Below, piece after piece: positions 29,770 to 42,000 of a stretch of DNA of 64,000 nt. Source of the DNA: the human T2T-CHM13v2.0 reference genome, Homo sapiens; assembly GCF_009914755.1 (NCBI RefSeq), contig NC_060928.1; one strand, 5' to 3'. A model generated the notes under the pieces. The model was not told the DNA's origin. It did not search any database and was given only the letters and a program-made list of their open reading frames with translations. The position numbers were made by a program, and so were the translations under genes. Position 1 is the first letter of the stretch, and every line of letters begins with the position of its first letter.

Positions 29770-31659
29770 TAAATATATGCATGAACAAATCTCCCACCAC
29801 GGTTGCCACAGCAGCATCAGCCATGGTCCTCTCTCCTGCTCTGATCCCTTTTGTTGCTGCTGCCTTCCCTTCCCACCCCTCAACCTGCTGCCCCTGTTCC
29901 TGCTGTGCACCCTGGCGCCCTCCTGTGGTGCTAGAGCAGCATTGTCTTCTCTGGGTGCCCACTGGGGTCCAGCTATGCTTTGTTCACAGCTGGTGGGTTC
30001 ACACAGAGGTGCGAGAATGCTTCTCTCTCCTGTGTTATTTCTGGTTACCAGAGCATCTCTACTCACAGATATCCTTGTGGAAAAGAGCTCCTTTATTTTC
30101 TGCCTGCAGCATTCATTTTTCCTCATTGCTAAAGTCCCCAAAACTAAGCCAAGAATCAGAACAGTCTTGCCCCCTGTTCCATACTTTCCTTTTTGTCCTT
30201 GTAACCTTCTACTTTCATGAAACTGCGCTTATGAAAACAGCTGCCACCACATCAGACCTGCAGGGTGTGTCTGGTTCTTACTGACAGCAGGTTCAAAATA
30301 TATATCTGCCCATGGAGACAGTAGGAGGAGGGGATGAGGACCGCCTTACCTAGATGGTTTGCTTTTTCTGAAAACTGAAGGTTAAGTGGCAAGTTTGCTA
30401 TATCATACCTGGAAAGTATTATTAAAACCTTCAGCATCAAGTACCACACAGAGAATGGAATCTTTCTTTCCTCTCTGACTCTGGCTCTTGCAGTGGATCA
30501 GTTGGGAATATCAACTTAGGTTTTCCTCATTTGGATCAGCAGGAGGTATGGGAGATGGTTGAATGTTTACAGGCCTGAAGGCATGTCCTGAAAGTCGTAC
30601 TTTTTATCTTTTTTTTACAAAAACCTTAATCTTAGCTTGTTTTTCTCTGCACGGCTTCTTTCTCAAATGCCAAATACAGAAGCAAAAACACTCTGGCTGA
30701 TTGAAAGTTTGTGATCGTTCACATAAGGGATTAGGCTCATCTGCAATTGGCTCCTGCACACATATGTGATGCTTGGCTCTGGCTATAAGTTCTTTATCCC
30801 ATTTGCTCCATTTTTGTTTAAATAAGCAGTATGTTTTTTTTCCCTGTTAAGAAAGTAAGTCATTTAAACACACTTTATTCTAGCCATGAAGCCCACTGAT
30901 GTGCTCCAGGTGTGTCAGAAATGGTTGCTCAGGTTTTCTTGTCCCCAGGTTCAAAATGATACTAAGATGCTTTTGATCACCAACCAAAAGTGTTTTATGT
31001 GAAATGGGGCCCAGTGATCCTCAGTGAGTCATTTACCATTATATTTTCTCCTGGCCACACGTAAGAACATAAGAAAAGGTTTACACTATGGAGTGGTTGT
31101 TTGCTGCTGCCATTCAGTGCCTGCAATGAGCCAGAGTTTCTGGGATTATAAGAGAAATGACTGAAGCAGCTCCTTGCTGTGGTAGCACATTATATTCAGG
31201 AGGTAGACTGAAGTAATTGTGATACAAGATAATATTGCTTAATAGAGGCCCATGAGCATAGTGGAGGGAGGGATTAGCTCCCTCTCAGAGAAGGTGACAC
31301 TGAAGCTGGACTTTGTAGAATGAAAGGCATTGGTCAGGCAGAGAAAAGGGGAAAGCACAGGCCAGGTAAAGGTGACAGTGGGCACAAAGGCATGGAGTTT
31401 GAAGAGGGATCGTTTAAGAGATGAAGAAGTTCCTGGAGATTGAATTATAAAGACCATTAAGTGCTTTGCAAAGAGGTTGTTCTTTCAGAAGAAATTAAGC
31501 TAAGGAGTGAACCCTGGTGGCTGGTGAGATGATCAATTGAGAGCTGAGAGAGGATGAGTCTGCCCCTGGCCACAAGGAGTCCCTGTTATGGTTTAGTTAG
31601 TCCCAGTAATGGTTCAAGACATTGCAGAGACCAAACGCTTGTTCTTTTTGTCATTCTAG

Positions 31660-31850
31660 GTATCTGATCCCCTGCAATCACATGATGCTGAGTCAGAGGT
31701 GGGCTGTGAAGGAGAGAGACTGTTACTCTGTTTCTGCGGCCAAGCTTCTCGCCTTGACTCCTGTCTGCTGCTCCAGCGGGATCACTCTGACGCTGGGGAA
31801 CCAAGAGAGGGATTATATTCTCTGGTCAAAGTGTATGCATGACACTTCAG
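31660..31850 (+). CDS. FHIP1A: FHIP1A coding exon (191 nt, phase 2 to 1): YLIPCNHMMLSQRWAVKERDCYSVSAAKLLALTPVCC...CMHDTS
   Basis: Acceptor ctttttgtcattctag| and donor CAG|gtagga; completes the LRYLIPC motif of FAM160 proteins. Confidence 0.95.
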
Positions 31851-32984
31851 GTAGGAACTCGCTAGTGATGATCTTTAAACAAAAGGATGCCAGTTCCATC
31901 TCGCCTTGGGATATGTGTCCCTTTGGGTAGACAGGGAATTATGTGGTGGGTCCCATTTCTCTTATGAATGACTAGTTAGGATCCTTTTCTGCTTTGTAAG
32001 GAGTTATGGACACGTTGTAATCAGTGTTTATTGACGTGCCCAGATGTTACGTTCTGTTGCCAGATCTTTATTTTACGTAGACTTTCTAGTGGGATCCTCA
32101 GAGTCAAAATGTGAAAACGTGTGCTAGCATGTCTTCGGAAACAAGACGGGGGTGAGAGGTGTGGAGATGGCTATTGCTGAGACAGAATCAGCCCTAATTT
32201 TAATTTCTAAAATGAGCCACTTATAGAAATCTGTCATAAGGATTTACATATTATTATATATCACTATAAAACTTGAAATTTGTGATATGACAGCAAAATT
32301 GCATGCATTTGATTGACCTAATGAGGAAGGCTGCCATAAATACTTTACAGGGGTTATGATACTTGGTGCTATTTGCCAGCTACAGTTCACCTCATACAAG
32401 CAAAACTGAAATGGCCATCTCTGTCAACCTTGGCCCTCTGGCAGGCAGCTAGAGCAAGGGAGCATCTGTATATCTTTGATGGTCATATGGCTGTTTCAAT
32501 TCAGGAACATTCTGTGTGTCCTGTGACCACTAGGAAATGCCCAGTCCTGGTGTTGAGTCAAGCGTTTCCAGTTTATATTCTGATATCCACCCCAACAATG
32601 TCATTCTGTCCACCCAGCTATAATTTTCTTAGGTAAAGTGTATTTAAAAGCTGGGTTACTTGACTAAGAAAATGTCAGTATGTTTGATATTAACGTAATT
32701 TGTAGAAATTAAGGTTGTCTTACGGATTCTTGGTCTTTATATAAAGATGCATGGAAATCAGCAATTTATGTAATTTAATTATATTTTCCTATTAGGCAAA
32801 TTAGTATGGATATCTTATATTTTCATACCTAAAAGTTATTTTTTAAAACATATTTAAAAATTGGCGTCTTTCTAAATTTACTATGAAAGTTTTTTCAAGA
32901 ATGATTCTGTGGCTAACCTTGCCTCAGAATTCAAAATTCAAGTTAAACCTATGATTCTCCATAACTTGCCAACTTCTCTCCTGG

Positions 32985-33130
32985 TGTGATCACTTTTAAT
33001 GCTTTGAAGAAGGTAGTATTCCCATTTTACAGATGAATAAACAAACTGAGAGAGAGGAATTGTCTTGTTCATGGTTATACAGCTAAGTAGGTTCTCTGGT
33101 TTCAGATGCCATGTTCTTTCCACTCTCCTG
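32985..33130 (-). mobile_element. MIR SINE
   Basis: attcccattttacagatgaataaacaaactgagagag...ttgttcatggttatacagctaagtag. Confidence 0.7.
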
Positions 33131-33234
33131 CCTCTGAGGTTGCCTTATAGCAGATAAATGCCCTAATGGATGGGTGGTGACATAGCTAGCTAGCTAGCCA
33201 GAGTAATTACTGTCCGGGGTAAATAATTTGCCTA

Positions 33235-33460
33235 AGAAAGTAGCAGAGCCAAGACTTAGGTTCTGCATCTTGGTTCTATGTCTTGGTTCTAGTACTTTCT
33301 TGGGCAAATTACTTAAGTTTTCTAAACTTTTTTTCTTATCTGTAAAATAGTACCTACTTCAAAGGGCTATTCTCAGGAAAGCAAGTGAAGACATGTAAAG
33401 CTCTTAGAAGACTGCCTCGCATGTAGTAAGTGCGCAATAAATACTGCCAGTAGTAGTATT
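33235..33460 (+). mobile_element. MIR SINE
   Basis: ttgggcaaattacttaagttttctaaac...atctgtaaaatagtacctacttcaaaggg...gcatgtagtaagtgcgcaataaata. Confidence 0.75.
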
Positions 33461-33689
33461 TGATGTCTTTTTACATAACATAGATAAGAGATAAACACTA
33501 ACGTTTTAGCTTAGCAGTAGAGCTATAAAATATGAATTATGTCTACCCTAATGCCCTGGAAATGGGTATCCTTAAAAGCTCGATTCTGACCCAGTCTGGT
33601 AGAGATTTAGAGCATGAAGAGACGTGAGGCTTGCAAAGATGTGGCACTGACGTAAGAATGGAGGTTGGTGTGAAATTGCCTGTGCTTGA

Positions 33690-33862
33690 ACTGTGGCTCT
33701 TCCACAATTTGGGTTGGGTGTTCTTTCATCTCTGAGCCTCAATTTCTTTATCTGAAAATGGAGAAAATAATATCTACCATATAGGATCATTGGGAGAATT
33801 AACTCAGATAGCATTGATAAAGCACCTGCAGCCTACTAGATGTTTAAGAAATGATAGACTAT
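33690..33862 (+). mobile_element. MIR SINE
   Basis: tctctgagcctcaatttctttatctgaaaatggagaaaataatatctaccatatagg. Confidence 0.7.
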
Positions 33863-34560
33863 ATATTTTTCCCTCAGTCTTTTTCTCTTGAGGGAAAATG
33901 TAAACTCATAGGAAGATATTTTCGCAGCTATTTCAGTAGTGAAGTTGGAACTTTTAACATCAGAGGCAGTCATGGTAACATAAGCAGCATTCTTGGGTTA
34001 AAATGACTTTTGTAGTGAATATGATTTTACTCTAAGAGACCATTTGATAATATCAACATCCCTGATAGTCCCCAGGAAGACAGAATGAGTTAATAGGCTT
34101 TTCTAAAAACCCAGGATTTTTCTACAAAACGTCTGGTTCTCAGATTCATGGATTACCAGCCTTCCGCTTTAGATTCAAAGTAAAAAACTTTAAGGTTATT
34201 ACTCTGTGGCAGGTACTATATCAGGTGTATTACCTAATTTAATCCTCTCAACAACCTGAGAGATTGCGATCATCAGCTCTTCTTTCTCTAATGACTCGTA
34301 CCAGATAATAGATTTCCATCGGCTATAGCCACTATCTGACTGGCTATATTGGTTTTCTATCTTCCGTGAGGGTAGAGTTTCTATTATTAATCTTTCCTTC
34401 TTACAATCTAACCATATTATTCAGAGGTCATTTTAATCAGATATAATTAGACCCAAAGTAGCTGGCAAGACACAGTCTTAGCCCGAATGGGTCACAACCC
34501 CATCCACTACCTTTGTCCCCACACCTCCCTTGTTCTAACCAGCCTCTGCCTCCTGTGCAG

Positions 34561-35694
34561 GGCCTGTGGAGCGGCCATTCCCCGAAGCGTTCTCCGAGTC
34601 AGCCTGCATTGTGGAGTATGGGAAAGCCCTGGACATCAGCTACCTGCAGTACCTGTGGGAGGCCCACACCAACATCCTCCGCTGCATGAGGGACTGCCGT
34701 GTCTGGTCCGCCCTGTATGATGGCGACTCCCCCGACCCTGAGATGTTTCTCCAGAGTCTGACGGAGGAGGGCAGTGTGAGCTCGGCCTGCCCTGTGTTCG
34801 GGCTCCCGCAACAACTCCCCAGGAAGACAGGACCTCAGCTGGCTCCCAGAAAGGACAAGAGCCAGACAGAGCTGGAATGGGATGACAGCTATGACACTGG
34901 AATCTCCTCAGGGGCTGACGTGGGCTCCCCAGGGCCTTATGATGATCTGGAGGTTTCAGGCCCCCCAGCACCCATTGATCCCCCCAAACACATCCAGGAG
35001 ATGAAGAAGAATGCCCTCCTGCTCTTCAAAGGGTCCTACATAGAAGAGTCGGACTTTCAGGATGATGTGATGGTGTACAGGCTGTGTGCTGAGAAGGACT
35101 CCGAGGACATGAAGGATTCTCAGGAGGAAGCTGCTAGGCCACCAGCTGAAGCCCAGGCTGAAGTTCAGAGTGTCCCCATCAACAACGGCCCCCTCCTCAG
35201 CACCCAGCCAGAGACAGATTCAGAGGAGGAGTGGAATAGGGACAATTCAGACCCGTTTCACAGTGAGCCCAAGGAGCCAAAGCAAGAGAGGGAACCTGAA
35301 GCAGCCCCAGAATCCAACTCAGAGTTAGCATCCCCTGCCCCTGAGGCAGAGCACAGCTCTAACCTGACAGCCGCCCACCCGGAGAGCGAGGAGCTCATTG
35401 CCCAGTATGACCAAATCATTAAAGAGCTGGATTCCGGCGCCGAGGGCTTGATGGAACAGAATTACCCCACACCTGATCCCTTGCTTCTCACTAAGGAGGA
35501 AGAAGGGAAGGAAGAGAGTAAAGGAGAAAAGGAGAAGGAGGGGAAGAAGGAGCTAGAAGATGAGGAGGATGACTTTGACTCTTTTATAGCGGAGATGCCT
35601 GCTGTAGAGACTGTGCCTTCCCCATTTGTGGGGAGAGATGAGGCTGCCTTTGCCAGTCGCCATCCCGTGAGGACTCAAAGCACCCCATTCACAG
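34561..35694 (+). CDS. FHIP1A: FHIP1A large coding exon (1134 nt, phase 1 to 1), mostly an acidic low-complexity linker
   Basis: Acceptor ctctgcctcctgtgcag| and donor CAG|gtgacc; lies in the 411-aa ORF; ends STPFT and joins GPFI in the next exon (conserved PFTGPF). Confidence 0.96.
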
Positions 35695-37579
35695 GTGACC
35701 ATCTTAAATTGCTTTGTGGTTTCTGCTTTCGAAAGTACTTGTATATATTGGAACAGGAAAGGAAGGTAGGAAAAGGTAAGGGATATTATCGGTTTGTCTA
35801 ACAGAGGGCTGCAAATATTTTTGTAAAGATCAAAGAGGGGTGGCTTTATTTTTATTTTTCCATTCTTGTAATGATTATCTTATTTATTTCTCAAGCTAGA
35901 GGTTAGATTTTATTACTTAGTAACTTCTTTTGATATGTCAGTGTTAAAACAGTAGGGCTGATTAAACCACACAAGAATCCAGACGTCTTATTTAATGACT
36001 TCATTTATTCTAGCGTAACTAACTTATTTTTCTCCTTAGCACTTATTTACATTTATTTTTAACAAATGACTGTCTCCCCCAGTAGAATGTATGCTCTGTG
36101 AGGGTGGAGCTCTTTCCCTAGCACTGGAAGAGTGAACAGAGCACAGAATAGGTGCTCAGAGTCCGTGTTGGGTGACAGTAGCTGTGCACACATCAGAGGC
36201 ATTGGGGTTAGCTGTGCCTTTGCCTGGGAGCTCATTTCAGAGAATCACAAAATCTTTATCCAAAAATAAGTGGAGTGGACCCACGTCAACTAATAGCTCT
36301 TTGAAAGAGTGGGTATATTCAATGATACACTACCAGCCACAGGTAGAAATCTTGCAAGAGGTAAAGGGATAGGATAGGACTTAAAGATAGGCAGATTAGG
36401 ATGAGGAATTATGATAGAAAACATCATTAAATATTAGCCAACAAAATCTGCATTTACAAATCATGGTGCAGAGGGAATCGCCATAGATGAGAGGGCTCAC
36501 TAAGCTCAGGGAAGGCCAGGGTGGGACCACTGGATGGTGTTCAGGTAGCAAGGAGAGGGGCTGGAAGATAGTAGCAATGGAGGGTGACAGTGGCCTTGGA
36601 CCAGGCCAGGGATTGAGTCCTGGTTCTAGCATTTAGCAGCATGTGGCTTTAGCATCCCAGGCCCTCCATTTGCTCCTGTGAGGACTGAATGAGATACTGG
36701 GAGGTCATTATTCATTTTATGACACGTAGCACCCAGGAGAAGCCTGGTGAGGAGGGACTGTGCTCCTACCTCTTGGAGTAACCCAAAATAGATGAAAACA
36801 GATTGCCTTCTGGTCCAGCCAGCCAAGTAGGTTTATGTGATTTCAAGGAGCTCTTCCAGCCTCCTCCTCCAGTATTTATTCATCTATTTACTGATGCCTG
36901 AAGATTTGTATATACAGGAAGAAAGCTTTTAATTCCACAATTAAAGGCTTGCAGTTCTAGTTGAGATAACATTTCAGTCTGAATGAGTTTTAATTAAAAT
37001 TCAATCAGTCAGTCAATCATAAGTAAAATGGATTAGATAATCCCACTTTTCCCAGTTGATAAGGGGGACAGGGAAGGGGGAGTTGGAAGAGTTCGCTTGA
37101 AGGGAAAAGGGCAGCAGTAACTTAGCATGTCACAGCTTGCCTTCTCATAGGACATCTGGGCTATCCATAGCCATGAAGATTATTCTTTAGAATGGCAGCT
37201 TTCTTACAGAGGAGCTTCATTCCTGGGAAATGTGTAAATAGAGGAAAGAAAGTATAGCTCAGGGCAAGGAAAAAAAAAGCTAATCCAACACCTTATTAAA
37301 TAACATCAATATTTTACATATAATACACCTGAGAACTGACAAAACATACTACAAGCTCTTTGATACATACAGGTAATTGTCACTAAAACCTTCCTTTTTC
37401 CTCTTTTGAACCTTATACACAGCTTTAGGAAACATCTCTCTTTCCATGTATGTGTGCTTTATAGTTTCCAAACTTCTGAGTGTGTTCTGTAGCATTAGGC
37501 TTAACTTCTTCTCTCCAGGGCATCTGATTTCTACTGAAATGAGTTCACTTCCCAGCAAAATCAAAGCATTCCATTTGTC

Positions 37580-38150
37580 TAATTTTATTTATTCATGTGT
37601 TCAGCAATCTTTTATTGATCCCCTGAAGTTTGGCAGGTTCTATGCTAGGAAATAAGGACACAACATTAAAGGAATTCACAGACTTTTAGAGGAGACCCCA
37701 ACAAAGAAGTGTACTCTTAGTGGGAAATGCATGATTAGTTGTCATATGCCAAGACCAGTGGGAACCCAGTGAGGGGAGTGGGAATGGCCTCACAGAGGAG
37801 GGGCATGGACAGTGCAGGGGAGTCCCCAGGTGAAAGCAGGTGAGAATGATAGTCCAGGCAGAGGAGACACCAGGAGGAGACTGAAGAGCCTGCCAGCCTG
37901 TGGGGTATGACCGCATTGGGTGGGGAGGTGGGAGAGAAGGGCAGAAAGCTTGGTTGGTGCCAGCTTATGGAGAGCCTTTGGGCCAAGCCAAGGAATGGAA
38001 ACCTTGTGCCCTGGCACTGAAGAAGGCCCTGGAGTTTAAAGTTGAGGAATGATGTGACTGGATCTGAAAAGGCCAGCTTTGGTAGGAGTGTGGGGAGAGC
38101 ACTGGAGTGGGGAGAGGTTGGTGCCAGGAAAAACAAGTGAGACACCCTTA
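37580..38150 (-). mobile_element. L2 LINE fragment
   Basis: tttattcatgtgttcagcaatcttttattgatcccc...ggaatgatgtgactggatctgaaaaggccagctttgg; boundaries approximate. Confidence 0.5.
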
Positions 38151-38164
38151 TTGCCGTGTCAGAA

Positions 38165-38435
38165 TTCAGAATGCGCCAGTGCTTTTATCTAGTAATTCTG
38201 TTTCTAGGAATGTCCTCAGAGCTGTATTCACACTGTGTGCTAAGGTGTACATACAGGGATGTTCATTGCAGCATTGTTTAGAATAGGAAAAGACTGGAAA
38301 CAACCTAAATGCCCACCAGTAGGAGACTGACTTGCTTGTGCAACACCCTAGCAATCTAATATTTTGTGGTCCTGAGATGAGACAGCTCTGTATGTGTTGA
38401 CACGAGGTGTGGTCTCTAGGGTGTATTGTTAAAAA
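38165..38435 (+). mobile_element. L1ME-type 3' fragment
   Basis: ggatgttcattgcagcattgtttagaataggaaaagactggaaacaacctaaatgccca. Confidence 0.75.
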
Positions 38436-38442
38436 TACTAGG

Positions 38443-38502
38443 TCTCTCTGTGTGTGTGTCTCTCTCTCTCTCTCTCTCTCCCCCTCCCTCTCCCTCTCTC
38501 TC
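38443..38502. repeat. (GT)n/(CT)n simple repeat
   Basis: Directly visible. Confidence 0.9.
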
Positions 38503-38514
38503 CTTGGCAGGCAA

Positions 38515-38735
38515 GATAATGCATTGGGTAAGAGCACTGGAACAGGTGGTATGAATTAAAATTCTATTATTCACAAGCTGGGTTCACTTAGCATTCTGCC
38601 TCCTCTTTAAATGGGGATAAATAATAAATATACTTCCTAGGGTTGTTTTGAATCTTGAGTGAGTTGATACATGAAAAGTACTTAGCACATTGCCTGGCAG
38701 GTAGGATGTTATTAATAAATGTTTTCAGTAATAAT
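38515..38735 (+). mobile_element. MIR SINE
   Basis: taaatggggataaataat...agggttgttttgaatc...aaagtacttagcacattgcctggcaggtagg. Confidence 0.7.
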
Positions 38736-41333
38736 TAAATCTCTATTAACATAGAAATGCTGTTGCTGGAGTCCAGACCGGAAATGAGACTGACCTTAGG
38801 CAGTGGAGCAGGGGAGGTGGAGCTTCAGGTCCACATCAGAGATATGTCCAGGGTAGAATTTGCCGAGGGAGGCACGGAATCAATGGCCGCTCCATTCTTG
38901 GACAGGGGAAGTGCAGGAAGAGGGTGCAGGCTCGATGGAGGCAGGGGAACGGGAGAGCGGTGAGTGGATGACAGGAGGGGCAGTGGAGAGAGTCTCAGTG
39001 ATTTTGAAGAATGTAATACTTTGTGAGGTGGGGAGTCTATCTGTCCTCTTAGGAGATGTGGGAAGAAAATAAAACTGCTGTCCTCCAGAAACACCTGCGG
39101 CTTCCTGAATTGTGCTGAGCCTTTTGATTTTCAGCTGCTTACCAGATCCCCCTCACATTTTTTGTTAAGCAGGGTTTTTTTTTTTTTTTAGTGCTAGAAA
39201 CTAAGAATAAAGTAGGAATTTGAAAGTTTTAATACATTTTTAATTACACATGCCCAAGGAGTGATGAGTCATTTCATTAGCAGATGCTAATTATAATGTC
39301 AAAGTGGACTCCATTTGTATCATTACAGTCTACTGGCCTTGACCTAATGATATTCCGTCATTCACCTAGGTCAGTGATGACATGATCTTCCTCTCCACAG
39401 GGCATGGGATTCAAGCTCATGTGCCCCCCCACCTCACCCCTTATAGTAGTGATGTCCTGTGGATGGTCCCCCCTGGTCACTGCATGGTCAGCAGTTTAGA
39501 GTTTGTAGGCCAAGCACAGTCTGGGACTGGGGAAGGCACAGTCTGGGACTGGGGAAGAGAAGTTGAAGGATCATTTTATGGTCATATGTTTTACAGAAGA
39601 CTCTGCCCACCTAAGTATGTCTTAATTCACCTGCTTTTGCTCCATCTGGAAGGAAATAGATGCTAAGCCAGGGACTGCGGGGGAGCAGGTGAGAGGAAGC
39701 TGAGGACAGCAGCCTTCCCCCTCTAGATCTACCTTGAAGGCCGAATTGTGTTGCGATGCCTTAAGAGTTGCCATTGACATTTCTGGGGTTCTTTATGGGA
39801 AAACCATTAGTTGCTTTCAAACTGGGGTCCCTATCCAGAGTTTCCAAATGTGTTTGGCAAGTCTCCCAGTTGTTTGTTAAGCATCTTCAAAGAGTCTCTA
39901 TCTGAAGAGTTCATTGACCTCTTATGTCATGGAAAGTGACTAAAGACCTCTGCCTCCCGTCCCAAGGATGGGGAAGTTGAGGCTAAATGCCACACATGAG
40001 GGGATGGTGCCTCATGTTGAGATCCCTTAGAGACATCCTTAGTGTTCCTGGAGACAGGGATATTGCAGTTACCCTGTTCCTCCCCTGTGTGGTAAAGGTT
40101 TCGGTTTGGTGTTCCCATTCCACACACAGAGCTTCTGTTCCTTGCAAAGGGTTTTACTCTCTTATGCTACCAGGGCTTCTGAATGAAGGAAGCATCTTGT
40201 GATGAAGTATGTTTTTGTTAAACTCGTATTAATGTTGGTGACATCTTCATAAGGCATGGCTTATATATCAAGGGATGTGTGCTTTCGTTGTAAACATGCC
40301 ATGGTTTAGTAGCATCATCAATAGCTCCACCAAGGGAAATGCAAAATTCTCATTGATTGTGTTTAACAGAACACTTTTATGGTAAAAATTTAAAGTATCT
40401 TCAAGTAAGTTTATTAATGCCAGATTTATTTTTGGTTTTCCCCTGCCCTCAATGAACTCAAAGCATATTAATTTTCTAGTGACCCAAAGTAGCAGAAACT
40501 TCTTTTTGCCTATTTTTCTTAATGGACCGCTTTTGTATGACTAATTTTTTAACTGCTTTTTTAAAATGACTGCTTTTGTAGTCATACGGATTTTATTTTT
40601 TAAGAAATCTGTGACATGCCGAACTGTATCTCCCAAAACTGACACCCTTTTCTCTCTCCTCTGAAAATTCACGTGTGGTTACCGAGTTGCTAAGGCTACT
40701 AAGATTATAAGCAGGGGCTCCTCCACCTCTCACCTATTTTTTTTTATTGTTCCACATTACGACACTTGACAAAACCAAATTTTTCTCAGTGTGCTTGTTC
40801 AGGATAGGCAACCCCTGTTGACAGTGTTGCTATTTGATAAACATAGTTTGTGCGTTTTTGGTGTTCTTTACAGAGAATTTTTCATTACTAAGACTTTTAA
40901 TGGCCTTTGGTGCTTACATGAAACCCTACCGTCCATACAGTCTGTGCATCATGAGATGATGGCTGTCATGTTTTAAGCATTGGCAGCCCCAAGAAATACA
41001 GGAATGATGTAGAAAAGCATATTTTAATTTTAAAAAGTTAAATTATTTGTTTTTTTTTCCCGAGATCTGTGATAATTTTAATAAGTATCAAAACTGCTCA
41101 TGGAGTGAAAATGTCAGTAGCCATGCCTATTTTTCTGTTTTCTTTTTGCCATGGTGGTTTGTTTTCCGTTTTGGTTTTGAGGCAGGAGAAAACGTGGCCA
41201 TATTTGCTGTGTCTGGCTTGCACCTGTGGGCCCATGGTGGTTTGGGAGATGTGGCACCGATGGTTCTGCAATTGTCAGGGAAAGGCATCCCTGTGAGCCC
41301 AGCCAGCCCTGAAGCCTTGTGTTCTTCCTGCAG

Positions 41334-41512
41334 GCCCATTCATCAGCGTAGTCCTGTCAAAGCTGGAGAACATGCTGGAGAACTCTTTACATGTTAATTT
41401 GCTGCTTATCGGGATCATTACTCAGCTAGCCAGCTACCCCCAGCCACTCCTGCGCTCCTTTCTGCTCAACACCAACATGGTCTTCCAGCCAAGCGTCCGC
41501 TCTCTCTATCAG
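41334..41512 (+). CDS. FHIP1A: FHIP1A coding exon (179 nt, phase 1 to 0): (G)PFISVVLSKLENMLENSLHVNLLLIGIITQLASYPQPLLRSFLLNTNMVFQPSVRSLYQ
   Basis: Acceptor gttcttcctgcag| and donor CAG|gtatgt; conserved FHIP C-terminal domain; this frame is missing from the ORF track. Confidence 0.96.
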
Positions 41513-41861
41513 GTATGTTAGCTGAACCCACATCCACACCTGTTGATTTTGTGGGTGCTAATTTGCAGGGCATCTATTTCTCTTTATTTTGTTTTTCAAA
41601 AATTCCTTTGCTCTAATTCATTTGCTTTCCTTCCCTGTCCTATTAAGCTCACTGTGTAGTTTATTCTAGACAAACTGTAGAGCTTCATTTAGTTTGATGT
41701 TTTGACGGTGCCCTACGCAGAACACCCAGGCAGTTAAAAATGAACAAATGTCTAACATCATAATAGTTCCCATAATGAGGGTGCTACCTGCAAGATATAT
41801 TGATAACTGGGAGTGGAATTTCATGGTGAGGCATTAACATCAGTAATGCTGTTTTTGACAG

Positions 41862-42000
41862 GTCCTTGCATCTGTGAAAAACAAGATTGAACAGTTTGCT
41901 TCTGTGGAGAGAGACTTCCCAGGGCTCCTCATTCAAGCTCAGCAGTACCTGCTCTTCCGTGTGGACATGTCTGATATGACCCCTGCAGCACTAACCAAAG
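41862..42000 (+). CDS. FHIP1A: FHIP1A coding exon (139 nt, phase 0 to 1): VLASVKNKIEQFASVERDFPGLLIQAQQYLLFRVDMSDMTPAALTK
   Basis: Acceptor gtttttgacag| and donor AAG|gtaagc. Confidence 0.95.

Noticed and set aside
34566-35801. 411-aa ORF as a stand-alone intronless gene
   Set aside because: It starts at GTG 5 nt after a splice acceptor and joins both neighbouring exons in phase; it is an internal exon.
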